Of a stretch of DNA of 38,149 nt, positions 22,030 to 32,954 are shown piece after piece. The DNA lies in NCBI RefSeq assembly GCF_001194135.2, contig NC_068997.1, forward strand, positions 31,090,423 through 31,128,571. Reading direction: 5' to 3'. Below the pieces are notes generated by a model. It was not told the DNA's origin. It saw nothing but the letters and a program-made list of their open reading frames with translations, and did no database searches. The translations under genes were made by a program, and so were the position numbers. Origin of the DNA: Octopus bimaculoides (lineage: Eukaryota). Position 1 is the first letter of the stretch. The number at the start of each line of letters is the position of its first letter.

Positions 22030-24400
22030 TGAAATGTCACAGAAACTGGATGCTTGAAGAATTAATAACAATACCAATTGCAGGGAACTTCGCTGGGAGA
22101 TCAGCGCCAAACACTCTCATTGCAGAGATCCTTAAGAGCTTTTGTTTTAACCGAACCACAGTTCAAATCGAAAGAAAAAGGAACAATTACATTCGTTCCT
22201 ATGCCTGGAATAACTCCCACATGCAGCTACTTAGTAATTTGCTGAAAGAGGAGACAAAAACTCCAGGGAGGGGGGGGGGGAAGAAACCAGCATTTTAATG
22301 GAATCCAAGAATAGTCAGGGTGATTCAGTGAGAGAGGAACACAAAAAAAAAATATATATATATATCACCACTGTGGACAACTGTGACCCCAACTCCTCTC
22401 TAGCCTGAACTTTCATAAATCAAATTTGAAGTATATTGAGAAAGAGATGACGGAACAAAACTGGTCTAACTGTCTCTCTCTTAGCAAGATACTGAAATAA
22501 AGTCGCAATACTTTATGACAATGATTGCATGACATATGCAGTAAATTTTCTCCAGAGGGAATGGAAGACCAACAGAAAAATATAATTCCCAGGGATAGGA
22601 GGATTCTAATGAGACTACGAGCAAAATTCTCAGACAGTCTAAATGGGCTACTAAATGATAGCAAACGATCCTATCTGAAGCAAACATAGCTAGAAATCAA
22701 AAATGAACTAAAAAAACTCCCATGAAAAGTAGAGCAGAGAAAAAGAAGCTAGGACTGTCAAAAATATAAAGACAAACCATAAAGTCTTCTATAGATTTGC
22801 AAAAGAGTCTGCCTCTGTACGATACAAGATAGAGAGCCACTGTTCGAAGAAAATGACTCGCCGACTGCAGACCCTAAGTGTATAAGTGAAATGCTAAATG
22901 TGCGACACAAGAATGTTTTCACCATCCGTTGAGACCACAGTAATTATCTATACCTGATCAGTTCTTCGACATCATAACTCTATGCAAAAAGCTGGAAATT
23001 ATCGATAACATCGAAATAGAGGAAACTAACGTAATATCATTGATTATATGAGCTCAAACTTAGCCATATGCACTAACGGATTCGTAGCAATCCTCTTAAA
23101 AATGCAAAGGGTCTCGAACAAGACCACTACGGTCCTCTTCCAGAGCAAACGGGAGTTAAAGGAAGGCATGGCATGTCCTATTGATAAGGGAGATAGCCGA
23201 GCTGATGCTAGAAATTATAGACGTATCTCTAACCTCTCATATCAGCAAAGACATGGAACGCATTGTCACGAGGAAACTGATCACGTTCCTCGAAGATAAT
23301 GACTTGCTCCCTAACTCGACATAGTCGGAAAACTGGGAGAGTGGTTCCATGACTTCTGAAAAGACAGAGGCTAGGTTATGGCAGTCAATGGAGCTCTCTC
23401 CGAGGAGACAGTAATAGTAAGTGGAATCCCTCAGTGAATCTTCTTGGAGCTGCTGCTGATTATAGTGTCACTTTCGAACATGCCCTAGTTACATAGACAG
23501 ATATACAAATTAGTTATGCCGACTACACAGACGTAGTACACGTAGTCAAGGTATCTTTCGATGCTTATCATTTACAGAAAGACTTAGGTGCCATATATAA
23601 ATGGGCTGAAGAAAACTAAATGAAAATTAATACAAGTGGATATTAAGCTCTCTGCTACCAGGTAATTAGTGCTCACAAACCACAAAACGATGCTTTGGAC
23701 AAAAAAGCGTGGTAACTGAACAGTCATGTACAGGGCGTGATCTGGGGAATGATACGACCAGCGATGCGTCATTTCAAGAGGGTGGCAATATACAGGCGAA
23801 TGGCTGGATAGATTCTGAGAACCTTCTAAACAAGAGACCAGGTGACTATGCTGTATCTATGGAGGACATTACTGCTCTCAACTGTGGTCACCACACAGTG
23901 TCAAATTAATAGCGGAACTTGACAGCTACACCAAGAAGTTTGCATCAATGGAACAGCTGAGCTACTGGGAGGGATTGAAAGAGCTACAGCACTACTAATA
24001 GATATCAGTGATATATTATAGAAGGTACTGAAGGGGTTGGCAGAAAACTTTAACATCGAAAGCTATACCAGACCCCAAACTGCATGTTGCTGCCCTATAC
24101 GAAAGTTCCCAGCTACCCGTCTATAGTGGGGACCACGTATTGCAACAGCTTGGGATTTAAGGTTCCGCTGCTTGCCAAAGCATATGAGAGGTTTTCATGA
24201 TGTAGGAGTAGATGTTTTCAAAAAACAACTTGGCCTCCTGTTGTCCAAGACACCAGATGGGCCGCTACTACAGTAAGAAACTCAAAGGAGGACAACTGTC
24301 TCGAACTCATTCTGAGAATGACCATTGGAAAAGGGATTACACGGGCAGTGCTCCAGCATGGACACAGCCTTCATATGAAAAAGTAAAAGAATAAAAGAAC
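22030..24400 (+). mobile_element. Decayed CR1/L2-superfamily LINE (end of endonuclease through RT and 3' tail)
   Basis: LNFHKSNLKYIEKEMTEQNW, FYRFAKES, KGDSRADARNYRRISNLS, YADYT (YADD), LQKDLGAIYKWAEEN*MKIN; ends in a gtaaaagaataaaaga tail. Confidence 0.8.
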
Positions 24401-24491
24401 GTATGTGTTGAAGTGTATGTGTGTGTAGATGTGTATGTGTGTGTAGATGAAGGTGTGTGTAGATGAAGGTGTGTGTTTATGTACCTGTATG

Positions 24492-24525
<34 letters not shown>

Positions 24526-24895
24526 GTCATCGTCATCATCATATTTAATGTCTACTTTTTCCATGCTTCAATGGGTCAAAAGAAATTTGTTGATGTAAAT
24601 TTTCTGTAACCTGAGATCATTCCTGTCATTAAACCTTTCCTGTTTCCAAGCAATATCTCCCCAGGGCCAGTCGCCTTTTTCACAGCATAAACATTGTATG
24701 ATGAGGATGATGCTCATTTAACACCACCAGGAATGGTCTAAACACTGGTATGCACAAACGCATATACACACACACATACATATATATACATATATACCTA
24801 CCTACCCACCTACCTGCATACATACATACATACATACATACATACATACATACACACACACATACATACATACATACATACATGCACATACTTAA

Positions 24896-24934
<39 letters not shown>
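24400..24934. repeat. Compound microsatellites, (CAT)n, (TACA)n and (TA)n, around an RTE-type 3' tail fragment (about 24490-24740)
   Basis: Direct reading; (CAT)n-tttaatgtc..ccatgctt..atggg is the same terminal motif as 5320 and 11100. Confidence 0.8.
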
Positions 24935-24938
<4 letters not shown>

Positions 24939-27005
24939 TTAGGGAAAAGAACCAAGGTTTATGAATTCAGCGATGAAAATCCACTGTCACATAGAGAAAA
25001 AAATTATAATTAAAAGTACAATAAATAAGTATAATATAATACAAATATTTCATAACCAACTTTTCAAATAGAAAGAAATTTAAATCGATTAAAATCGAAA
25101 ATCAATTCTATTAAAAGATATAGCTAATCTTCAGGTCAAAATACAACAATAATAATAAATGAATGTATATATCAACCAACAATAAATAACAAATGAATGT
25201 ATATAAAATACTTATAATATAAAGATAGAAAATATTATTAAAATATCAAAATAATAACCATGCCATAATCAATCCAACATCCATTATAAAATAATCTAAC
25301 AAGTATATTATATATGAGAAAAACAAATATTTTTATTATTAAAAAAACAAATTTTTTAATAATAGTATTTTAGATTATTCCATACTTATTATTTAATTTA
25401 TGTTTCTTAGTCTTATTATTTAAAATTTATTATCTATTAGAATTAAAAATTCATTAATATGTTTTATAATGTAGCTGGATTTTTTTTATTTTGTAAGTTA
25501 TATAAAGTTTAAATCGTTCATTTATTATTTTAAGAATTATTCTTTCATTCATGTTTTCTTATTATATTCTGTATTTTCACGTAGTACTTTCGCGCGACCT
25601 CTTTCTAATAAACGCTATACATCTTCGTAACGTCTAAGTTTCAGTTTGAATTACGACGGCATTTGAATAAGTATAACATTTAATTTGTTAAATAACTTTT
25701 TACCATCTTTTGAAAATAATATAATTTCTTGTATTTTTATATTATTCAATTGATTTTTAAAGAAAATTTTAATCGATACCTTTTTTAACACCAAATCATT
25801 TAGAAGTGAGAGTATCATTTTAACCTAAATATGACCTCGATTTGATTAGATTTGAAATATTTTCGATTAATATTGTTTAATAATTCATTCTATATTATGA
25901 TATAAATAACTAGCCTTTTTCTTTGTTTATATTATCTTTAATGGTTTTTTTTTTACTACGACTTAAGCTTATTCTTTCATTCATAATAATTTTTTCATTC
26001 ATATTTTTATTTCTAATTAACCTCGAGTTTTGACTTTTATGTCTAAGTTTCAGTTTGAAATATAATAACATTTTGATTTGTATATTTTTTACTTTGTTTA
26101 CGATGGTATATTATTATTTGGAATAAATAAATATTTTTGTATTTTTTATTATTCAATTGATTTTTAATGATAATTTTAATTGATACCTCATTTAACACTA
26201 AATTATTTTGAAATTAGAGTACCATTTTAGCCTAATGTAAGACTTCGATTTGATTAAGGTTGAAATATTTTCGATTAATACTGTTTTATGCGATAAATAC
26301 CTAATCTTTTTATGTTAAACGTCTTATAAATAAATGTTTTTAGTCATAAATAGCCTAGCTTAAATATTGCATCGTTTAAATATGTGCTAATAATATCTTT
26401 ATTATTTTAACCTCAAACTTCGTTCAAATTGTATTTTAAACGAAAAAAAATTGTTTAGTTTGTTTTTATATATAATATACTTGTTAGATCATTTTATAAT
26501 GGATGTAGGATTGATTATGGCATGGTTATTATTTTGATATTTTAATAACATTTTTCTATCTTTATATTATAATTATTTTATATACATTCGTTTGTTATTT
26601 ATTGTTGGTTGATATATACATTCATCTATTATTATTGTTGTATTTTGACCTGAAGATTAGCTATATTTTTGAATAGAATTGATTTTCGATACTTTTAATC
26701 GATTTTAATCGATTTAAATTTCTTCCTATTTGAAAAATTGGTTATGAAACACGTGTAGTCATTTTATTATCTTGATCTTATGATATTTACTTTGTATCAT
26801 ATTATACTTATTTATTGTACTTTTAATTATAATTTTTTTCTATATGTGACAGTGGATTTTCATCGATGAATTCATAAACCTTGGTTCTTTTCCTTAAAAC
26901 TATATATTTATATATATTTTATACTGTGAAACTTAATTTAATTTTAATTTTTAATAAATTGATTTTAATTGAGTTTTTACCTGTAATTTTGGATTTTATT
27001 CCTCA
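24935..27005. mobile_element. Complex inverted/tandem AT-rich locus, probable Penelope-like 5' region
   Basis: 24935-25325 is the reverse complement of 26455-26901; 25640-25870 is a direct repeat of 26040-26285; homologous to 1880-3041; (TA)n at both outer edges. Confidence 0.6.
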
Positions 27006-27019
27006 TATATATATATATG

Positions 27020-27560
27020 AGGGGTTTAGTTCATTTGTGATCTAAACGAATAGGGACGCGGGGTAAGTGCTATATCTGGTCGACCGTTAGGTTCCAGGAT
27101 CACAGCTAAAGCTGGATCTAGCGAACCGTGTTAGGGTTCTGTTATAGCGGGCATATGTTGTATTAGAATAAAAATCAAAATCAAAGTAGAACTCGTCTTT
27201 CAAGTCATTTAAATAATTTAATTAGGGTAAGGTAAATTTCAAGTCTTACAACTGTTTCTGGAATAACCCGAGTGGTAGGTTAGCATGTTCATGCACTGGG
27301 TATTCCATCATCAGTGACAAGTTATGAATGTTTTAGACGGGGAAAATTTACAGTTTACATGGAATAAAATCCACAGTTTATAAAGAATAAAATAGAAGAA
27401 TAAAGGAGTAAAATAGAATAAAGAGTAAAAGTATTTAGAAGAACATAGGCCGAGGATATTGATGTTGGTCGGTACTTCCAGGACGGTTCAGGTTTTTGTG
27501 AAAATCCTCTGTAAATCCAGACAGAATTTTGGCAATATTCTGAATGATGTACTTATATTG
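27020..27560 (-). mobile_element. Probable Penelope-like pseudo-LTR segment carrying a hammerhead
   Basis: Contains the hammerhead below and abuts the AT-rich locus through cctc(at)n gagg. PLE assignment rests on the known hammerhead-PLE association. Confidence 0.55.
27243..27318 (-). ncRNA. Minimal type I hammerhead ribozyme
   Basis: Minus strand gtca-CTGATGA-tggaatacccagtg[catgaacatgctaacctac]cactcgggttattcca-GAAAC-agtt-GTA-agac. Core boxes are exact; stem II is about 14 bp with two bulges; stem III is AC/GU around AGUU; stem I is GUC/GAC with an A-A mismatch next to the core. Confidence 0.8.
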
Positions 27561-27849
27561 TAAATGTATATATAGTGCGATAAAATACGATGGACATGAA
27601 TGGGCTTTCTGAGTGGGTGTATGAGAGAGGAGAAAGTGAGAAAGAGAAATAGGAGAAAGGAATATAAAATAAGATAGTGGTAAAAGGGTGAAAGTATAAG
27701 AATAAAATATAAATATAAATAAAAGTAAGAATAACAAAAATAATAAAATAAAAGAAAATGGCGGATATATCATAAATGGGTTTTGTGAGTGAGTGTGTAT
27801 GGGAGAGAGGAGAAAATGGATGAGAAGAAAGGCAATAAAAAAAATAAAG

Positions 27850-28150
27850 GTGATAGAAAGTGGCAGATAATTGACTTCATCTGCTACTACAAAATCAAGC
27901 CTTGCTTCTATTACTCTCTTCTTTTGAATTTTAAAGCCACACAATATTCTCTATTTGTTACTTTCTAGTACATTACAAGGTTCAGCTTCATACCATTTAT
28001 CAGTACGTTCGAATCCTAGCTTTCTACATAACTCCCAGTAGATTACTCTCCCTGTCGTCTTCCTTTTTCTTTCTTTCTTTCTGCTTATTAAAAAACTGAC
28101 AAAAGCTGATGATGTCATTCTATCAACGTATGGACGCTGGTTACTCACGT
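27850..28150 (-). mobile_element. R4/Dong-like (restriction-like endonuclease) LINE fragment
   Basis: GRVIYWELCRKLGFERTDKWYEAEPCNVLES then GFKIQKKRVIEARLDFVVAD, matching the R4 pattern 'LWDF.IQTD..I.ARRPDIV'. Confidence 0.75.
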
Positions 28151-28325
28151 TCATAGTTTACGTTTGGTTTCTGAAATTTTGAATTTTCAATCACCTTTTG
28201 GTTTGAACTTGAGAAAGACAGACGTTCTGTCGAAATATTGTTCAAAAAATAAAACATCTAAAATCGCACTCTTCGTCTTGACTATTTACCTTCGTGAAGA
28301 GTTACGTCAATCCTTTTTAAAAATA

Positions 28326-28361
<36 letters not shown>

Positions 28362-28742
28362 NNNNNNNNNNNNNNNNNNNNNNNNNNNNNNNNNNNNNNN
28401 NNNNNNNNNNNNNNNNNNNNNNNNNNNNNNNNNNNNNNNNNNNNNNNNNNNNNNNNNNNNNNNNNNNNNNNNNNNNNNNNNNNNNNNNNNNNNNNNNNNN
28501 NNNNNNNNNNNNNNNNNNNNNNNNNNNNNNNNNNNNNNNNNNNNNNNNNNNNNNNNNNNNNNNNNNNNNNNNNNNNNNNNNNNNNNNNNNNNNNNNNNNN
28601 NNNNNNNNNNNNNNNNNNNNNNNNNNNNNNNNNNNNNNNNNNNNNNNNNNNNNNNNNNNNNNNNNNNNNNNNNNNNNNNNNNNNNNNNNNNNNNNNNNNN
28701 NNNNNNNNNNNNNNNNNNNNNNNNNNNNNNNNNNNNNNNNNN

Positions 28743-28875
28743 ACCGATAGAATAAGTACAAGCTTACAAATTCCTGGGGTCGATTTGCTCGACTAAAGGT
28801 AGTGCTCCAGCATGGCCGCAGTCAAATGATTGAAACAAGTAAAAGAGTAAAAGAGTAAAAGAAAGTAAAAGAGTA
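28743..28875 (+). mobile_element. tRNA-derived SINE 3' end (same family as 3042-3330)
   Basis: accgatagaataagtac..cctggggtcgatttgctcgactaaagg.agtgctccagcatggccgcagtcaaatga.tgaaacaagtaaaagag. Confidence 0.9.
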
Positions 28876-28899
28876 AGGGTATGTGGTAGGGGCGGTAGT

Positions 28900-29515
28900 G
28901 AAATATCTTCATGCAATACAACATGTAATAGCTACATTTAAATTGATAGGGTTTTTCTAATGATTTGTTCAGTACTTGTCAGCACAATCTTCTGGATTTC
29001 TCTGAGACATGGTTCTCCTGGGATATTATCTAGATGTTTCACATATCCCTTTCTTATCATACCTAGGGTACCTACAATAACAGCAGCAGTTCTCGCTTTA
29101 AGATGCCACATCTTTTATATTTCAATTTGCAGGTCCTTATATTTACTTCATTTTTAACGGTGGGAACACTTACATCTATTAGTCTACAAGTTTATTGTTC
29201 CCAGTCTTTAATAATTATGTCTATTCAATTAACATGGATCGTTCCGTGAGTGTTGACTGGGGAATCCCAGAATATAGTGAATTTTTAACCTTCAATGACT
29301 GGCTTGGGATGATGTTCATACCAGCAAACAGGAGTGCTGATTTTGTAGTGTTCACATATTTTCCAATGTAAATGCTATGCTACTCTATTGTACCAATTTT
29401 TGTATTCGCTTGGTCCGTTTGGTCTCAGCACAGGATATCCTGAGACGAGATTGCGCATTGTTTCATGTGTATCGCAGAATCTGCATTTGGGTCAGAACCG
29501 TTTTGAAGAACGTTA
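28900..29515 (-). mobile_element. R4/Dong-like LINE C-terminus (zinc knuckle + restriction-like endonuclease)
   Basis: CRFCDTHETMRNLVSG..HLHWKICEHY..WYEHHPKPVIEG..IFWD..IDIIIKD..CRLIDVSVP..KYKDLQIEI..VIVGTLG..LREIQKIVL. Confidence 0.85.
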
Positions 29516-29521
29516 GCTTGG

Positions 29522-29561
29522 TATAATAATGATAATAATAATAATGATAATAATAATAATG

Positions 29562-29608
<47 letters not shown>

Positions 29609-29682
29609 CATCATCATCATCACCATCACCATCACCATCACCATCACCATCATCATCATCATCATCATTATTATTATTATTA
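29522..29682. repeat. (TAA)n-(CAT/CAC)n-(TAT)n compound microsatellite
   Basis: Direct reading. Confidence 0.95.
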
Positions 29683-29879
29683 TAAATTTTGTTTCCAAAA
29701 TTTGTTAATTGCTTATTTTGTTACAAAATATTTATCCAAAGCACCACCTTAACATAGCTTGTTGTTTTCCGTTGTTAGTGGCATTTGGGGGGCTGTAATC
29801 TCAAAATAATTGATTCAAAAATTAATTTACATTCCGCGACCGCAAATAAGTTACTTTTGTATTTTTCCACCGACCAATC

Positions 29880-30954
29880 ATTTCTCGGGCCCTAAACAAC
29901 CCAGAAAGCGAGGGAGCTCGCCGCGAAGTTCATATCCAGATAATTTTGTTTTCTCTCTGTAAGGGATTTTCAAAGAGGGTTTAAAAGCTACCACCTGAAG
30001 TAAGACATTTTGCTCATGCGTGACCAGCATATCAAGTGAATAATGAAAGTAAATGAAGAGAAAAGTCAGTGAATTGTTTATGTTGATGAAAGCTACATCC
30101 ACAAGAACTATTGTTGGCAGGGATATTCGTAGTACAACCCAAATGATGAGCAAGACCTTACAACTATTGCATACCACAAAAGACGATGATATTATTTCAT
30201 TGATGTAATTATAAATGCTGATCGTAGTATTTCGGAAAATTAACTATCGGATGAACAACAAGCCGGATTACTGATGGATACGATTGATATCTTTGAAAGG
30301 GGAAAGAAGCAAACGAAGGATTACCATGGCGTGTTTGATCACGAATACATCGTAAAATGGTTGAGACAGTTATTACAGTCTTTGAAAGGGAGAAATGCAT
30401 CCAATGCACTTATCGTGATGAACAATGCCAATTACTGTAAAAAAAAAACATCCGAAAATACGCCGAAAATGTGCGACCAGAAAGGAGCATTGCAAGAAGC
30501 GTGAGCAAAATATGGACGTAGTTTTCATGGCAACGACACGAAGCCTATGTTATAGGATAAAATGCATCCGTATAATGTGACTCCTGTTATTGCAAGAATG
30601 GCTCAAGATGAAGGGCATGAAATTATATTTTCACCACTTCATTACTCGGATTTGCAATCAGTTGCAACTATCTCGGATGCTGTAAAAGGAGAAGCTGGTG
30701 GGCAGTAGACAAACGACACGGCATTCAAAGATGTAGTTTAACGCTTGAAAGGTGCTTTTAATGACCTGAAAGCAAATACTGTTCAACGATTGATCGATAA
30801 AGCAAATAAGTATCAGAGAAGACTATGGGAACACATCAAGTCTATGAAAGATGTCAACGATGAAAATGGAGATGATTCAGATGAGGATATAAGTTGTAGT
30901 GGCTCCTCTGATGATGAGAAAAGCATTGCTGAGAACACTGATAATGATGATTAA
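29880..30954 (+). mobile_element. Decayed IS630/Tc1/mariner transposase with a long D-to-E spacer (about DD80E, Sailor/DD82E-like)
   Basis: YVDESYIHKNY (D1 at 30085), DIFERGKKQTKDYHGVFDHEY, IVMNNANY (D2 position 30421, now N), GHEIIFSPLHYSDLQSVA (E position 30664, now A). There are 80 codons between the D2 and E positions in one frame. TIRs not found. Confidence 0.7.
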
Positions 30955-31479
30955 ATATACACCCGACTTTGCTGCTTTTTAACCTTATTTTTCTAGCAAA
31001 CGGTCAACATATTGTATCAATTCATAATCATACCTTTGCCAGAATTGTGCTATCAAAACTCCTTGGTTCTAGGTCTATCATGCAAAAAAAAAGCGAAAAA
31101 ATGTAGGTGAAGCCAGCCTTGTTGAAGGACATAGAAGAGGTGAGAGGTGTTTCTGATAGAGAGGTGCAAGACGTCGTAGTACCTTCCACCTACTACCTAC
31201 AAATAGAAGTGGAGTCGAGCACAAGGCAGGTCCAGATTCCAGTGCATGAAATTTCCGTGACTTCAACTAATGGCGTCAGTAGTAAATTCAGTAATATTAC
31301 AAACTACGAACTTGAATTCCCCGCAATTCAAGGGAACATGTCAATACAAAATAGCACATAGCAGTATCATCACTAAGAATACGACCACAACCGACTCCCC
31401 CACGACCACGACCACCACCACTACAATGCATAACCATAATATACGACAGCTATATCAAAAACGATGCATTCGCTGCAAC

Positions 31480-32200
31480 ATGGCGAAAAGTAAAACAGAT
31501 TTTAGTATGGATCTGCTTCAGAAAGACGTGCCTAGCTGAGGCAGGTAAATTAGTAAAGGCTGGAGAGCGAAACCGGTAATTGCTATCCTCCAGAGATTTT
31601 GGCAGAGACAAAGAAAAGACAATGATGTACAAATGCATCTCCATAAACACGAAGGGACCAGAGGTGGAGAGCCTGGCGGACGTGGAAAGGGCACTGAAAG
31701 AAATAATGCCCGACATCCTGCATGTGTCACGAGAAAATCAGTTTGTAGTCATTTCGATGTTCTTTGATTCCAAAGCCCTGGCCGCCAAATATTCTGTGAT
31801 TTCCTGTCGGAGTGAAATATATGTGCTCCATCCATTCTATTTAAGAAGGAAGATGGTGCGCATAAAGATTGAAGGAATACCAGTAAAGGTAACCCTGTGG
31901 TAGATTTTAGCGTTCATCGTTCTGGAAGGGATTCCTGACCTTCCAGGTCAGGAATCAGTGTGGAGGGTCTCCGCCACATTAAACCAGAAGCAAATCACAA
32001 GATCCTAGACCTCATTCGCCTTCCATGAGAAGTGTTATACAATACTATTGAGGGTAGAAGGCCACGGTACAACCTGCTTGGAGAGACAGGCCACTTGAGA
32101 GACATGAGAAACAGAAGACATGGAACCAGGGAAGTCCCTTACTGCCAACTCCAGGTCTCTAAAAGATTCAACAACCAAACCAACAACAACCAGCAACTAA
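31480..32200 (+). mobile_element. ORF1-like remnant of the same retroelement family, copy D, 3'-truncated
   Basis: MMYKCISINTKGPEVESLADVERALKEI aligns with copy A IVYRTLNTETKKIEVAKIEEIEECLQEI; LHPFYLRRKMVRIKIEGIP; IEGRRPRYNLLGETGHL (decayed knuckle). Confidence 0.65.
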
Positions 32201-32514
32201 CACCACCATCCATCATCTCCCTAACTGAGATTCTTCTTTTTATAACATACTGCTCTTCCTGCCCAGAACAATTTCCTTTGTGATACATCCTTCATACATG
32301 AATATTCTTCTTTCCATTCATCCATACTTTCATAGATCACATCCCAACAACTTAGTAGTTTGACAAAAAGAGACTAATAGAAGATGTGCTTGGCTTAAAA
32401 ATTAGTATTAGGGAAGATTTCTTCAACTACAACTTTCAAGGCCGTGCCCCAATATGTTCACGGTTCAAAAACTGAAAAAATAACAGGATAAAGATACACA
32501 CACGCACGCACGCG

Positions 32515-32548
<34 letters not shown>

Positions 32549-32589
32549 GTGTGCACGAACGCACACACGCACGCACATACACATACACA

Positions 32590-32954
32590 TATTCTTTTAT
32601 TCTTTTACTTGTTTCAAGCATTTCACTGCGGTCATGCTGGAGCTCTGCCTCGACGCGTTTTAGTCGAAAAATTCGACCCCAGGACTTTTTTGAGACCCTA
32701 GTTATTATTCTAACAATTACATAGAGGTAAACAACCAACGCCGGTTGTCAAACAGTGGTGGGGAGAAAGACAGACCCAAAGACACACACATAGATAGATA
32801 TATATGTACATATATATACGACGGGAACCTTTTCCGTCTATTAAATCCACTCACAGTGATTTGGTTAGCCCAACGCTATAGTAGAAGACATTTGCCCAAG
32901 GTGCCATACAGCGGAACTGAAACCTGAACAATGTAGCTAATAAGCAAGCTTCTT
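32590..32954 (-). mobile_element. tRNA-derived SINE body; its head is displaced to 34461-34495
   Basis: Minus strand gcttgctt..ggcaccttgggcaaatgtcttctactatag..ggattta..cccgtcgtatatatat..gctccagcatgaccgcag..tgaaacaagtaaaaga; same family as 3042 and 28743. Confidence 0.85.

Noticed and set aside
27085-27230. TTAGGG telomeric hexamers near the Penelope-like segment
   Set aside because: Two isolated hexamers and one variant, not an array; compatible with chance.
30905-30925. CTGATGAtgaGAAA hammerhead-like string
   Set aside because: No stems; it is the Asp/Glu-rich end of the transposase ORF.
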